Below, in pieces: positions 9,038 through 20,846 of a stretch of 64,000 nt of DNA; position 1 is the first letter of the stretch, and each line of letters opens with the position of its first letter. This stretch comes from an uncultured Alphaproteobacteria bacterium (GTDB lineage Bacteria; Pseudomonadota; Alphaproteobacteria; RF32; CAG-239): contig CALXZK010000002.1 in NCBI GenBank assembly GCA_944393225.1, positions 15,148 to 79,147 of the forward strand, written 5' to 3'. Under the pieces are notes generated by a model. The model worked only from the letters and a program-made list of their open reading frames with translations, was not told the origin of the DNA and did not search any database. The position numbers were made by a program, and so were the translations under genes.

Positions 9038-10114
9038 TTATCTGATAACTTTTTTTAATATCGTTTCCGTTTCAATCAGTTGAACGGCTTTTAGAAAACT
9101 TTCCTTCTCTCTTAAGACGGTATAATAGTCTTTTTTTACGGTTGGAGCCTGTTGCAAAGCTTGAACATAATTATCTTTTGACAAAGGATCCGATGCCACA
9201 TATTCAAAGAAACCGCTTGCTAACAAAAAGTGGCGAATTTTATCTATTGCCGGATTGTTTTGCAACAATGCACATAAATATGTAGATACGCCAACTTGTA
9301 TGCCATGCGGATGCGGTCGTTTTGATATATTATCCAATGCATGTGAAATTAAATGTTCGGCACCGCTTGCCGGTCTTGACGTACCGGCAATTTCCATGGC
9401 TACACCACTTAGCATTAATGAGGTGCTCAAATTGCGCAAAAATTCCGAACTATCTAATTTGTACTCAGGCATCGCCAACAAAATATCTATGGAATTATAT
9501 GCCAACAGGGAGGCAAAGTCATTGTACCGTTCATATCCCTTACGAAAAGCAACCTTCCAATCCCATAAAGCCGTAAATTTTGATATCATATCTCCAAGAC
9601 CAGAATATAAAAAAATTTTAGGACTTTTTGATATAAAATCTAAATCTATTACCACACCAAACGGAATACTCGACTTCACGCTGGTTCTTCTTCCATCCAC
9701 CAACAATGAAGTATTGGGACTGCAAAAGCCATCATTTGATATGGATGTCGGAACAGAGATAAAAGGCTTTTTTAATAAATGTGCACAATATTTGGCAAAG
9801 TCTATCACCTTTCCTCCCCCTATGCCGATGATGGCATCGGTATTACGAGGTAAATTAAAAGCAACCTTGTCAACTTCTTCAATATTTATATATTGAACAA
9901 TCTTATTGCAAACAACTTCAATATCGTGCTGCTCAAATCCTTTATATAATTTTCCGCCAATGAGTTCTTCCAGACCATCACTCCAAAACAAAGCTACGTT
10001 TGACATACCCTTGTCGATTAAATATTTGCCGATGCGGCCTATTTTGCCATAGCCGATTTTTACCAGATAAGGAATGTTAATTTGGCGATTGGTAAAAAAA
10101 TTTTGATACGGCAT
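9038..10114 (-). CDS. Iron-containing alcohol dehydrogenase family protein, sn-glycerol-1-phosphate dehydrogenase (EgsA/AraM)-like
   Basis: GIGGGKVIDFAK, VPTSISNDGFCSP, SGLGDMISK, RPASGAEHLISHALD, HGIQVG motifs. Confidence 0.8.
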   Translation of the reverse strand: MPYQNFFTNRQINIPYLVKIGYGKIGRIGKYLIDKGMSNVALFWSDGLEELIGGKLYKGFEQHDIEVVCNKIVQYINIEEVDKVAFNLPRNTDAIIGIGGGKVIDFAKYCAHLLKKPFISVPTSISNDGFCSPNTSLLVDGRRTSVKSSIPFGVVIDLDFISKSPKIFLYSGLGDMISKFTALWDWKVAFRKGYERYNDFASLLAYNSIDILLAMPEYKLDSSEFLRNLSTSLMLSGVAMEIAGTSRPASGAEHLISHALDNISKRPHPHGIQVGVSTYLCALLQNNPAIDKIRHFLLASGFFEYVASDPLSKDNYVQALQQAPTVKKDYYTVLREKESFLKAVQLIETETILKKVIR

Positions 10115-10208
10115 GGCATTCTCCTTTTTTATGAAGAGCTCATTTGGTCATATCTTATTTTTATCATAGATTTTTTTATCTTGCTATAAAAAAAACCTTC
10201 ACGAAGGT

Positions 10209-10238
10209 AAAAAAAAGAGCTTGTTAAAACAAGCTCTT
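10209..10238 (-). terminator. Intrinsic terminator after the 10248-11636 ORF
   Basis: aagagcttgtt / aacaagctctt inverted repeat; U-tract on the minus strand. Confidence 0.7.
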
Positions 10239-10247
10239 GAAAAGAAG

Positions 10248-11636
10248 TTATACACGATGTTTGTTTTGATGCAACAAAAATGCATAATAAGTCTTATTCA
10301 TTTTTTCCTGCATAACATTAATTTTATCGGCAACCATCTCATTGGCTCTTGATTTAATGGTTCCGCCCAAATCACAAAAATAGCCGTTTTGTGCAGGTAA
10401 TTTATCCAACTTATCAATATCCATTCTGGCAATACGGTTATTGTTATATGCCATCAAATAAGCTTTATTATCACCTGAACCGATTACTGTCATGCGGTGC
10501 AAATTTCCGGCTTCGTTTTTGATCCAGACCATATAAATACCATATTTATTGCGCTTTAATTCTTCTTTCAAATCAGTACGCAAATTTCTGGAATAGTGAC
10601 TGCTAAATGTCTGCTTGTTGGATTGGCAAGCGTGCGGATTGGGCACTTGCAACAACAAATCTTTGCAAGCTTTGGCAACATAGTCATCTGATGAGGAACG
10701 ACTGTCCAATACTTTCAAAAATGTTGCATAAGACATAGATTCACAGCTTGATTGCGGAATGATATGCGGTGTTTTGCCGTATTTTCCGATTAATCTTTCT
10801 TGCTCTAAATAAAACTGTCTACGATTGGTTTTAGAGCTTTGCAAAGTTTTGATATTTTCTTGGAACTGCGAAATCAAATCTTTAACCAACTTCTCATAGT
10901 TCTTTTCATTAGCTTTCAAGCCATGATAAAACTCTGCCTGATACGGGGTTATCACGCTATCTACCTTCTCAGATTGAGGAAGCTGCATTTGTTTGATGAC
11001 AAAGGTTGTATCTACACTTTGTTGTTCCGGTTTTGCTTCGGCTCTGACTTTTTCTTGTTCCACTTTTTTATTTTGCAAAAAGCTTGTGGTATTGCAGTTA
11101 CCAAAAGACAAAACAGCCAAGCTTGTTGCGGCAGCATATTTTAATACTTTACCGACTTTTTGCTTAGAGTTGTTAAATTTTGACTTTAATTTTCCCCATA
11201 AGCCTTGCGGTTCTTTTTCCTCAATTTGAATTGCTTGCGGCTGAGACGCAATTGCGGGTTGAACTTTAGGCATCGCTATAGTTTTCTGAGCTGTGTATTC
11301 TGTTTGTTTAGATGTGATACTGCGAGCTTTTTTGTATGCCTGAACTACACCATAAGATAAGGCATATTTTTCTTGGCGGCACTTTTGAAAGAACTCTTGT
11401 ACCATGTCATAAAAATCTTCTTGCGCCGAAGCATCAATAAACTTTTTTTCAGAAGCAATATTTCTTAAAACTTGCTCCAAATTTTTCATAAGCACATTTA
11501 TGCGACGCTTTTTTTCAACACCTTTGAAATTTGAACGGCAATAAAAATTGCGCATTTTTTTGATATCTTCACTATCAATATATTTACTATCTAAGCTCTT
11601 CATCTCTTCTTTTTCTTCTCTATTTACCTTTAACAA
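10248..11636 (-). CDS. Hypothetical membrane-anchored protein, possible C-terminal papain-like (C39-like) domain
   Basis: 462 aa; internal hydrophobic segment (YAAATSLAVLSFGNC); PQSSCESM ... NLHRMTVIG ... AYNNN pattern. Confidence 0.55.
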   Translation of the reverse strand: MLKVNREEKEEMKSLDSKYIDSEDIKKMRNFYCRSNFKGVEKKRRINVLMKNLEQVLRNIASEKKFIDASAQEDFYDMVQEFFQKCRQEKYALSYGVVQAYKKARSITSKQTEYTAQKTIAMPKVQPAIASQPQAIQIEEKEPQGLWGKLKSKFNNSKQKVGKVLKYAAATSLAVLSFGNCNTTSFLQNKKVEQEKVRAEAKPEQQSVDTTFVIKQMQLPQSEKVDSVITPYQAEFYHGLKANEKNYEKLVKDLISQFQENIKTLQSSKTNRRQFYLEQERLIGKYGKTPHIIPQSSCESMSYATFLKVLDSRSSSDDYVAKACKDLLLQVPNPHACQSNKQTFSSHYSRNLRTDLKEELKRNKYGIYMVWIKNEAGNLHRMTVIGSGDNKAYLMAYNNNRIARMDIDKLDKLPAQNGYFCDLGGTIKSRANEMVADKINVMQEKMNKTYYAFLLHQNKHRV

Positions 11637-11743
11637 ACTTCACGAAAATACACATTTTTTTTTGATTGTAAACACCTATTTTGCAATTTAACAAAACTGA
11701 AACAATTTTTTGTTTTTACGTCATTTTTTATACAAAATTCCAC

Positions 11744-11780
11744 AAAAAAAGAGTCTATTTTGACAATAGACTCTTTTTTT
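11744..11780. terminator. Terminator of the atp operon
   Basis: aaaaaaagagtctatt / aatagactcttttttt inverted repeat. Confidence 0.8.
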
Positions 11781-11799
11781 TGTTTATTTCGGAAATTGG

Positions 11800-12168
11800 C
11801 TAAGATTTCTTTTCCAAAACACCTATTACATATTGGTAAAATTTCTTATCTTCTTCATGAAGCGCCGAATCCATTTTTTCCTTTGCTCGCTCTAAAGTGA
11901 TTCCATCTACGCAAAAGACTTTTTCACACGATACGGCACAACGGTTGCGCGCTATATCTGCTATTCCGCCTTTTACAAAATAGCTTTCAACCACCTTCAA
12001 TTGGTTGTCCAAAACTCGAACAATACCATTGCGAAGCAACAACAATGTCGGAGCTCTGTCCGGAAGGATGGTTATATCCCCGTCAACCGCAGGAAGTTGC
12101 AAAGCAGCCACCTTTTTGGTGTTAAAAACTTTATACGGACGAGAAATTCGAAAAAGTATTTCCTTCAT
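11800..12168 (-). CDS. atpC: F1 ATP synthase epsilon subunit (divergent, short)
   Basis: Last gene of atpHAGD; LPAVDGDITILPDRAP and YFVKGGIADI match the epsilon beta-sandwich. Confidence 0.85.
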   Translation of the reverse strand: MKEILFRISRPYKVFNTKKVAALQLPAVDGDITILPDRAPTLLLLRNGIVRVLDNQLKVVESYFVKGGIADIARNRCAVSCEKVFCVDGITLERAKEKMDSALHEEDKKFYQYVIGVLEKKS

Positions 12169-12179
12169 GATTTTTTACC

Positions 12180-13724
<1,545 letters not shown>

Positions 13725-13742
13725 CTAACTCTCCTATTGCTC

Positions 13743-14663
13743 TTACAGTGCTTCGGCACCGGATATAATCTCCGTCAACTCGGTTGTAATTGCCGATTGA
13801 CGAATGCGGTTATATTTGATTGTCAGTTTGTTAATCATATCGCTTGCGTTTCTGGTTGCATTGTCCATAGAAGTCATACGCGCACCATGTTCAGATGCTT
13901 GAGAATGAACGACTGCTTTGAAAATGACACCTCGGAAAATGAGCGGAAGCATTCCTTCCAACAAAGACATTTTGTCCGGCTCATATTCATAGAATGCGCC
14001 TCTGACAACATTGGTCGGTAAGTGAAGCTTATTGTATTCAAACTCTTCAATTTTTAACGGAAGAATCTGCTCATCGACAATCTCTCTGCTAATAGCAGAT
14101 TTAAAACGGCTGACGATGACTTCGCAAACATCAATTTTTTCTTGATGATACGCATCCAACACATCATATCCGATATCGGAAGCCTCATAATATTTTGCAC
14201 CTTTGGCAGCTACACCTTCTTTGGTCTTAATAATTAAATCGCCATAACGGCTTTTCAAAATATCGCGTCCTTTTTTGCCGACACAATAAATTGAAACATT
14301 CTTTCCCTCTGCTTTCAGTTCTTCTATGCGGCGGGCTGCCTCTTTGGCAACACCGGCATTGTAACTTCCGCAAAGACCGCGATCTGAAGTAAAGACAAGA
14401 AGAAGATAGTTTTGGGCGTTGGGGTTGTCCTTCATCATTTTAGGCCAAGCCAACTCTTGTCCGGTTGCTTCTTCCTCTTGCTTTAATTCATAAATCACAC
14501 GATTGGCGCAAGACAAAAGATTATGATTATAAAATTCTGACTTGCCGATTAATCCTTGAGACCGACGCAGGCGAGCAGCAGCAACCATTTTCATCGCCGA
14601 GGTAATTTTGCTCGTCGATTTAACGGTGCTGATGCGAGTTCTTAACTCTTTTAATCCTGCCAT
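13743..14663 (-). CDS. atpG: F1 ATP synthase gamma subunit
   Basis: KITSAMKMVAAA, SDRGLCG, RQSAITTELTEIISGA. Confidence 0.98.
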   Translation of the reverse strand: MAGLKELRTRISTVKSTSKITSAMKMVAAARLRRSQGLIGKSEFYNHNLLSCANRVIYELKQEEEATGQELAWPKMMKDNPNAQNYLLLVFTSDRGLCGSYNAGVAKEAARRIEELKAEGKNVSIYCVGKKGRDILKSRYGDLIIKTKEGVAAKGAKYYEASDIGYDVLDAYHQEKIDVCEVIVSRFKSAISREIVDEQILPLKIEEFEYNKLHLPTNVVRGAFYEYEPDKMSLLEGMLPLIFRGVIFKAVVHSQASEHGARMTSMDNATRNASDMINKLTIKYNRIRQSAITTELTEIISGAEAL

Positions 14664-14672
14664 GTTTTAACC

Positions 14673-16223
14673 TCAAGCTGCTTCTTCAATCTTCTTATAT
14701 TCATTCAAGAAATTATCATAGAACTCAGTTAATTTCTTATCCAGTTCATCTGACAAAACTTTCTTGTCGGCAATTTCTTCCAGATATTCAGGATGATTTG
14801 CTTTCAAAGCTTTCAAAGCAGATTGTTCAAAATCGTTAACTTCTTTAAGCTCAAGCTTATCCAAATATCCTCTAACACCGGCAAAAATTGCAACCACCTG
14901 CTCTTCAACCGGCATCGGGCGATATTGCGGCTGTTTCAACAATTCGGTCAAGCGGGCACCGCGTGACAACAAATTCTTGGTAGCAGCATCCAAATCTGAT
15001 GCAAATTGGGCAAATGATGCCATTTCACGGTATTGTGCCAATTCAAGCTTAATTTTACCGGCAACTTGTTTCATTGCCTTAATTTGAGCTGCAGAACCAA
15101 CACGGCTTACCGAGATACCGACGTTAACTGCCGGACGAACACCTTGGTAGAACAAACCTGTTTCCAAAAAGATTTGTCCGTCGGTAATGGAAATCACATT
15201 AGTCGGAATGTATGCAGATACGTCACCGGCCTGTGTTTCAATTACCGGAAGTGCCGTCAAAGAACCGCCGCCCAATTCATCATTCATTTTAGCAGCACGT
15301 TCCAACAAGCGAGAGTGCAGATAGAACACGTCTCCGGGGAAAGCTTCACGCCCTGGCGGACGACGGAGCAACAAAGACATTTGTCTGTATGCCGTTGCTT
15401 GCTTGGTTAAGTCATCATAAAAGATAACGGCATTCATGCCATTGTCTCTGAAGTACTCACCCATTGCGCAACCGGAATAAGGAGCCATAAATTGCATCGG
15501 TGCCGGATCAGAAGCCGTTGCAGCAACAACAATGGTATAATCCATTGCGCCGTGGTCACGCAAAGTTTTTACAACTTGAGCCACGGTTGAACGCTTTTGT
15601 CCGACGGCTACATAAATGCAATAAAGCTTTTCTTTTTCAGATTTTGCTTTGTCGTTAATGGGTTTTTGATTCAAGATTGTATCGACAATAATTGCCGTTT
15701 TACCGGTTTGACGATCGCCAATAATCAACTCACGTTGACCACGACCAATAGGAACCAGTGAATCCACAACCTTCAAACCGGTTTGCATCGGTTCATAAAC
15801 GCTGCGTCTGGTAATAATACCGGGGGCTTTTACTTCTGACAATCTAAACTCGTCAGATTTAATAGCGCCTTTACCGTCAATCGGTTCACCCAAAGCATCG
15901 ACCACGCGGCCGAGAAGGTTCTTTCCGACAGGAACGCTCACGATTTTATCGGTGCGTCTTACCGTATCGCCTTCTTTGATGTTTTGGTCTGAACCGAAGA
16001 TAACGATACCGACATTATCTTCTTCCAGGTTCAACGCCATGCCTTTGATGCCGCCATCGAATTCTACCAATTCTCCGGCCTGAACTTTGTCCAGACCATA
16101 GACACGAGCAATACCGTCACCGACGGATAAAACTCGTCCTACTTCGGAGACATCAATATCCACTTTGGCGCCGGCGATTTTTTCCTTTATAATGGAAGAT
16201 ATTTCGCTTGCATGCACAGACAT
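14673..16223 (-). CDS. atpA: F1 ATP synthase alpha subunit
   Basis: [30 protein letters not shown]. Confidence 0.99.
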   Translation of the reverse strand: MSVHASEISSIIKEKIAGAKVDIDVSEVGRVLSVGDGIARVYGLDKVQAGELVEFDGGIKGMALNLEEDNVGIVIFGSDQNIKEGDTVRRTDKIVSVPVGKNLLGRVVDALGEPIDGKGAIKSDEFRLSEVKAPGIITRRSVYEPMQTGLKVVDSLVPIGRGQRELIIGDRQTGKTAIIVDTILNQKPINDKAKSEKEKLYCIYVAVGQKRSTVAQVVKTLRDHGAMDYTIVVAATASDPAPMQFMAPYSGCAMGEYFRDNGMNAVIFYDDLTKQATAYRQMSLLLRRPPGREAFPGDVFYLHSRLLERAAKMNDELGGGSLTALPVIETQAGDVSAYIPTNVISITDGQIFLETGLFYQGVRPAVNVGISVSRVGSAAQIKAMKQVAGKIKLELAQYREMASFAQFASDLDAATKNLLSRGARLTELLKQPQYRPMPVEEQVVAIFAGVRGYLDKLELKEVNDFEQSALKALKANHPEYLEEIADKKVLSDELDKKLTEFYDNFLNEYKKIEEAA

Positions 16224-16777
16224 TATTGTCCACCTTTCATCATCATTTCTAAACGATTTAATTTTCCCAGAACAGAATCGTCTATCATGGTTGATCCGTA
16301 TTGTACTCTCAACCCGCCCAAAAGTTCAGGATTGACTTGGAAGTTAACCACAATTTTTTTGCCGAATTTCTGTTCCAGCATTTGTAAAACTTTTTTATTT
16401 TGAGCTTCAGTCAATTTCAAAGCCGAAGCAACCGCAATCTCCGTGATATTCTGTTTTTGGTAGTATAAATGCACAAACGCTTCGAGAATCATTTCAATTT
16501 CCCCGAAGCGATTATTATCAGCAATTATATCCAAACAATTTAAGCTTTCCTTAGAAAGTTTTAATTTAGCTGCAATCTCTTTCAAAGCAGACTTTTTAGA
16601 ATCAACATCCCAGAGCGGGTTGGCAAAATATTTTGTGAAATCTTTTTCTTCTTTAATTGTTTGCAACAATGTCAAAACATCTGCATGGACTTTTGCAACC
16701 GCTTTCAAATCTTCGGCTGCACCATACAATGCTTCGGCATAAACAGAAGCAATTTTACTCTTAGAATCTTTTTTCAA
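16223..16777 (-). CDS. atpH: F1 ATP synthase delta subunit
   Basis: YAEALY N-terminus, VNPELLGGL...IDDSV; position before atpA. Confidence 0.93.
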   Translation of the reverse strand: MKKDSKSKIASVYAEALYGAAEDLKAVAKVHADVLTLLQTIKEEKDFTKYFANPLWDVDSKKSALKEIAAKLKLSKESLNCLDIIADNNRFGEIEMILEAFVHLYYQKQNITEIAVASALKLTEAQNKKVLQMLEQKFGKKIVVNFQVNPELLGGLRVQYGSTMIDDSVLGKLNRLEMMMKGGQ

Positions 16778-16896
16778 CGTTTTTCACTCTACTCAAATAT
16801 TCATCCAATGGCTCACATATTATAAGCTAATAGTTTCTAATTTGTTAAAATATTAAATATTCACTTTAAAAACATTTAGCTTCGGGTATGTAATTT

Positions 16897-19077
16897 TTAC
16901 ATAAAGTTATAAGGGTCAATATCCACCTCCACACGCACGGAATTAGGCACATTTATTTGGCTCAACCACTGATACAAAACATCTTGAATTTTGATTAATT
17001 TTGTTGTTTTCAGCAGCAGTCGATAACGAAATTTTCCTCTCAATTTATAAATCGGCGCCTGTGCCGGTCCTAAAACCGAAATTGAATCCGTGTTTGGGGC
17101 AATGCCACCCAACTGATTGGCAACACGCTCTGTTTGTTCTTGATTGGCACCGCTGATAATCAATGCCGCCAAACGCCCGTAAGGCGGAAGTTTTAACATT
17201 CTACGGGTTTTCTTTTCCAAGCTTAAAAACTCTTCCCTATTTCCGCTTAACAAAGCTTTCAAAACAGCATTTTCGGGATATAAGGTTTGCAAATAAACAA
17301 TGCCTTTTTTCTCTCCTCTTCCGGCACGTCCGGATACCTGAGATAAAAGTTGATAAGTTTGCTCGGTGGCGCGCAAATCGCTTCCCATCAAGCCTAAATC
17401 GGCATCAACGATACCCACCAGGGTCAAACTTGGGAAGTGGTGTCCCTTAGCTAAAATTTGCGTACCGATTAAAATATCTACCTCTCCTTTTTCCATTTCT
17501 TGAATGACTTCGGAAACATCGGACAAAGTTGAAGTTATATCACTTGAAATCACGCGAATCCTTGCATCGGGGAAGCGGCATTTTACTTCTTCTGCCACAC
17601 GTTCTACCCCAGGACCGCAAGCAGTTAGTCCGGTTTGCGAACCACATTCGGGACAAGTTGAAGGAATCGGAATTGAATAACCGCAATGGTGGCAAACCAA
17701 ATTTTTGGTATTGCGGTGCTCAGTCAACCATGCGGTACAATGCGGGCATTGAATGCGATGTCCACAATCGCGGCAGATAATCAGCGGAGCATAGCCTCTT
17801 CTGTTCAAAAACAGCATGGACTGTTCGCCTTTTTGCAAATTGCTTTTCAATGCCTCGACCAAGCTCGGGGCAAGCCATGATGTTCCCCACTCGCCTTTTT
17901 GCGGCTTATCCTTTTTCAAATCTATAATTTCGATTTTCGGCAATTCGGCAGCGGCATAGCGGCTGGTTAATTTAACCACGTCATATTTGCCTTCATCTAC
18001 ATTATTCAAGGTTTCCAAATCAGGTGTTGCCGTTGCCAAAATAATTGGGAATGCCTCCATTTTAGCTCTAACAACAGCCATATCGCGCCCTTGATAGTTG
18101 ACACCGTCTTCTTGCTTATAAGAATGGTCATGACTTTCATCAACAACAATCAGACCTAAATTTTTATATGGCAAAAACAATGCCGAGCGTGCCCCGACAA
18201 TTACTTTAGCTCTACCTTCGGCTATGGCTATCCAATTATCTGTTCTTTCTTTTGTTCCTAACCCTGAATGCCAGCAAGCCGGCTTTACGCCGAATCTTCG
18301 CTCAAACCTGCCCAACCACTGGCTGGTCAAAGCAATTTCCGGAACGGTTACCAAAACCTGTTTACCCTTACTCAAAGCTTCAGCCACAGCCTCAAAATAA
18401 ACTTCGGTTTTGCCGGAACCGGTAACACCGTCTAACAAAGTTACGGAAAAACCTTCACCAACTTTAGCAACCAGTTGTTCTGCCGCAGCTTTTTGCTCCG
18501 GCGTTAAATCGACCTTATGAAACTCTCCCTTGGGTTCGGCAAATTCTTTTTTCTTTTCTACCTCTATCGGCTTTAAAACACCGGCATCTATCATGGTTTT
18601 AATCACGCTTTGACCGACCCCTGCACCTTTGGCTATCTCAACCCTCGAATAAGGATAATGTTTGAGCAAATCTATCACACGCCAACGCGCATCGGAGTTT
18701 TTGAGTTTTGCCTCTGCCAAAGTTTTACCGGACAGCGTATAAAGCACATTCATCTTCGGGTCTTCAAATGCACCTTTGGCTGAGAGCACCATTTTCAGAC
18801 TCAACCCCAAAAATGCCATATTATAAGTGGCAACAAAGCTGACGAATTTTCTTAAAGCATCAGATAAAGGCGGAAGTCTTAACACCTCGATAATCGGTTT
18901 GATTTTGCTCTCGGGAATATCTGCCGATTTGCCCAATTTCCAGACCACGCCGACCTGTTGTTCTCTACCCCAAGGCACTCTTACGATTGAACCCAAAGCT
19001 ACATTATCGCTTTTAACCTTATAGTCAAAAACGTCATTAAAAGGCAGAGGTAACAATACGCCGACAATCTCAGACAA
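16897..19077 (-). CDS. priA: Primosomal protein N' (replication restart helicase)
   Basis: GVTGSGKTEVY, DESHD, two CxxC-CxxC zinc motifs, QVSGRAGR; probable TTG start. Confidence 0.97.
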   Translation of the reverse strand: MSEIVGVLLPLPFNDVFDYKVKSDNVALGSIVRVPWGREQQVGVVWKLGKSADIPESKIKPIIEVLRLPPLSDALRKFVSFVATYNMAFLGLSLKMVLSAKGAFEDPKMNVLYTLSGKTLAEAKLKNSDARWRVIDLLKHYPYSRVEIAKGAGVGQSVIKTMIDAGVLKPIEVEKKKEFAEPKGEFHKVDLTPEQKAAAEQLVAKVGEGFSVTLLDGVTGSGKTEVYFEAVAEALSKGKQVLVTVPEIALTSQWLGRFERRFGVKPACWHSGLGTKERTDNWIAIAEGRAKVIVGARSALFLPYKNLGLIVVDESHDHSYKQEDGVNYQGRDMAVVRAKMEAFPIILATATPDLETLNNVDEGKYDVVKLTSRYAAAELPKIEIIDLKKDKPQKGEWGTSWLAPSLVEALKSNLQKGEQSMLFLNRRGYAPLIICRDCGHRIQCPHCTAWLTEHRNTKNLVCHHCGYSIPIPSTCPECGSQTGLTACGPGVERVAEEVKCRFPDARIRVISSDITSTLSDVSEVIQEMEKGEVDILIGTQILAKGHHFPSLTLVGIVDADLGLMGSDLRATEQTYQLLSQVSGRAGRGEKKGIVYLQTLYPENAVLKALLSGNREEFLSLEKKTRRMLKLPPYGRLAALIISGANQEQTERVANQLGGIAPNTDSISVLGPAQAPIYKLRGKFRYRLLLKTTKLIKIQDVLYQWLSQINVPNSVRVEVDIDPYNFM

Positions 19078-19162
19078 AATCTTTTTCCCTTAATTTTTCT
19101 AAGGCTGATAATAACAATCTGCTTTGGTTTATACAAATCTGTTTGCATTTTACACACAAAAA

Positions 19163-19196
19163 AAATCCGTATTTGATTTTACTCAAATACGGATTT
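19163..19196. terminator. Intrinsic terminator after the 19206-19505 ORF
   Basis: aaatccgtatttga / tcaaatacggattt 14-bp inverted repeat. Confidence 0.75.
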
Positions 19197-19205
19197 GTTT
19201 TCTTC

Positions 19206-19505
19206 TCAGAAAAACGGACTCAATAGCTTGATGATGAAATACATCAGCAAAGAAGCAATAATCAAGCCAATGCATTGTTGTGTTGCACTATAATGAACTA
19301 TCAGTGGTGTTTGCACCAGCAAATATTTGCATCCGGCAATACATCCAATATACCCCAAACCGCTCAGAATTGTACTTAAAAAACTAAAAACTCTGAAAGC
19401 TGTCGCCAACAATAGTGCGCTTATAAACAATAAGGCATAAATCCACAGATTTTGTACACACAACAAATTCCAAATTTGTCCGCTTAAATCTACTACATTT
19501 TGCAT
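19206..19505 (-). CDS. Small membrane protein (about 3 TM), hypothetical
   Basis: 99-aa hydrophobic ORF. Confidence 0.55.
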   Translation of the reverse strand: MQNVVDLSGQIWNLLCVQNLWIYALLFISALLLATAFRVFSFLSTILSGLGYIGCIAGCKYLLVQTPLIVHYSATQQCIGLIIASLLMYFIIKLLSPFF

Positions 19506-19620
19506 AATGATAAAATTTAAATTAATAATCTGAATTAAGGCTCACAATCTACTTATTTCATTCTCGTTTGTCAAACTAAAATACACAAAATTTTAAACTA
19601 TTTTTGCTATTCTTTTTTGT

Positions 19621-20547
19621 ATGAAACAAGAAATTAGATATAATGTTGATGCAAGCTTAAACAAAATAGTGCTAGAGTGGCTTGCTTGGCTTACCGATGA
19701 ACGAAAATATTCGCCGCATACGCTTGACGGATATGCTCGTGATTTGGCCGATTTTACCGCTTCTTTTGCCAAACCGCTCACCATCAAACAACTTGAAAAA
19801 ATGGACGTGCGTGCTTTTCGCAACTATATTTCCGAAGCGGCATCTCGTGGATTGGAAAAATCTTCCCTCGCACGACACATATCTACGCTGCGCAATTTTT
19901 TCAAATTTCTTAACGCACGCAAAATTATTAAAAATACTGCAATTTCAGTTATATCCACTCCTCGGCGCAACAAGGTTTTGCCCAAGGCGCTTGATATTAA
20001 CCAGACTTTTAATGTGTTGGAAGAAAGCAAAAATTTTGCTACCAACGCTTGGCAAGGACTTCGTGATGCCGCTATTTTTACTCTGCTCTACGGCTGCGGT
20101 TTGCGTATTTCCGAAGCCCTTAACCTCAACGTTGGTGATATAGACAGCAATGATTTCGTACGCATCCGGGGTAAAGGTAATAAAGAAAGAATCGTGCCCG
20201 TGCTACCTCAAATCAAAGATGCCATCAATGCTTATTTGAAAGAATGCCCCTATCATCTTAAAAATGGCGAACCGCTTTTCTTGGGCGCCAGGGGTGAGCG
20301 CCTCTCGCCACGGATTATACAACGGCAGCTGCAAAAAATTCGCGCGGGGCTCGGACTTCCAGAAAACTTAACTCCTCATGCGCTGCGACATTCTTTTGCA
20401 ACTCACCTTTTGGCGGAAGGAACCGACCTGCGCTCCATCCAAGAGCTTCTTGGTCATGCTTCCCTCTCGACAACTCAGCGATATACTGACATTAATATCG
20501 AAACCCTCAAAAAAGAATACTCTAAGCTCAAGCTGGAGCCAGCTTGA
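19621..20547 (+). CDS. xerC: Tyrosine recombinase XerC
   Basis: LYGCGLRISE, GKGNKERIVP, TPHALRHSFATH, LLGHASLSTTQRY; next to priA. Confidence 0.9.
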   Translation: MKQEIRYNVDASLNKIVLEWLAWLTDERKYSPHTLDGYARDLADFTASFAKPLTIKQLEKMDVRAFRNYISEAASRGLEKSSLARHISTLRNFFKFLNARKIIKNTAISVISTPRRNKVLPKALDINQTFNVLEESKNFATNAWQGLRDAAIFTLLYGCGLRISEALNLNVGDIDSNDFVRIRGKGNKERIVPVLPQIKDAINAYLKECPYHLKNGEPLFLGARGERLSPRIIQRQLQKIRAGLGLPENLTPHALRHSFATHLLAEGTDLRSIQELLGHASLSTTQRYTDINIETLKKEYSKLKLEPA

Positions 20548-20634
20548 CCGCATCGGTTAGACTGCCGCTCTTGCGGTGCCTCGCGTATCGCGATGCTCTC
20601 ATTGTGCAAGGCGGTGCGAATGTGCCTTGTTCAA
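20529..20634 (+). repeat. Dispersed ~105-bp palindromic repeat, copy A1 (overlaps the xerC stop)
   Basis: caagctg-gagc-cagcttg...tgccttgttcaa; 51/68 identity (hand count) to 41442-41509, and its body aligns to 47008-47081. Confidence 0.75.
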
Positions 20635-20695
20635 AAAATGTTTGCTTTTTTGGTTTTATCTCATTACAATCTCTTTTGCAGGTTAGAGATAGCCT

Positions 20696-20836
20696 GTGGT
20701 GTCTGAAAAACATCATTATACCAAAAATCCACTTATGGTGGAGTGCCCGATATAAGCCTGCTTGCAGGTCGAATAAGGACGACTGATGGTATACAGTTTT
20801 TCAGCTCCACCGCCGATGTTTTTTTACATTCGGCGG
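20696..20836. other. Long inverted-repeat (rod/multibranch) structure plus terminator-like hairpin
   Basis: gtgg..ctgaaaaac / gtttttcag..ccac and tatacca / tggtata enclose three small hairpins; followed by ccgccga / tcggcgg. Confidence 0.45.
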
Positions 20837-20846
20837 TATGTTTAAA

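Noticed and set aside
9255-9896. 213-aa plus-strand ORF
   Set aside because: Antisense shadow of the G1PDH-like gene, as are most track ORFs overlapping mfd, recG, atp, mutS, rpsI (36043-36582) and the CoA-transferase genes.
19621-20547. xerC as the integrase of the phage-like cluster
   Set aside because: It is 27 kb away, sits in the conserved priA-xerC chromosomal context, and has XerC-like features.
20693-20770. SAM-II/SAM-alpha riboswitch resemblance (cctgtggtg...gcttgcag)
   Set aside because: Spacing and the rest of the consensus do not fit, and no methionine gene lies downstream.
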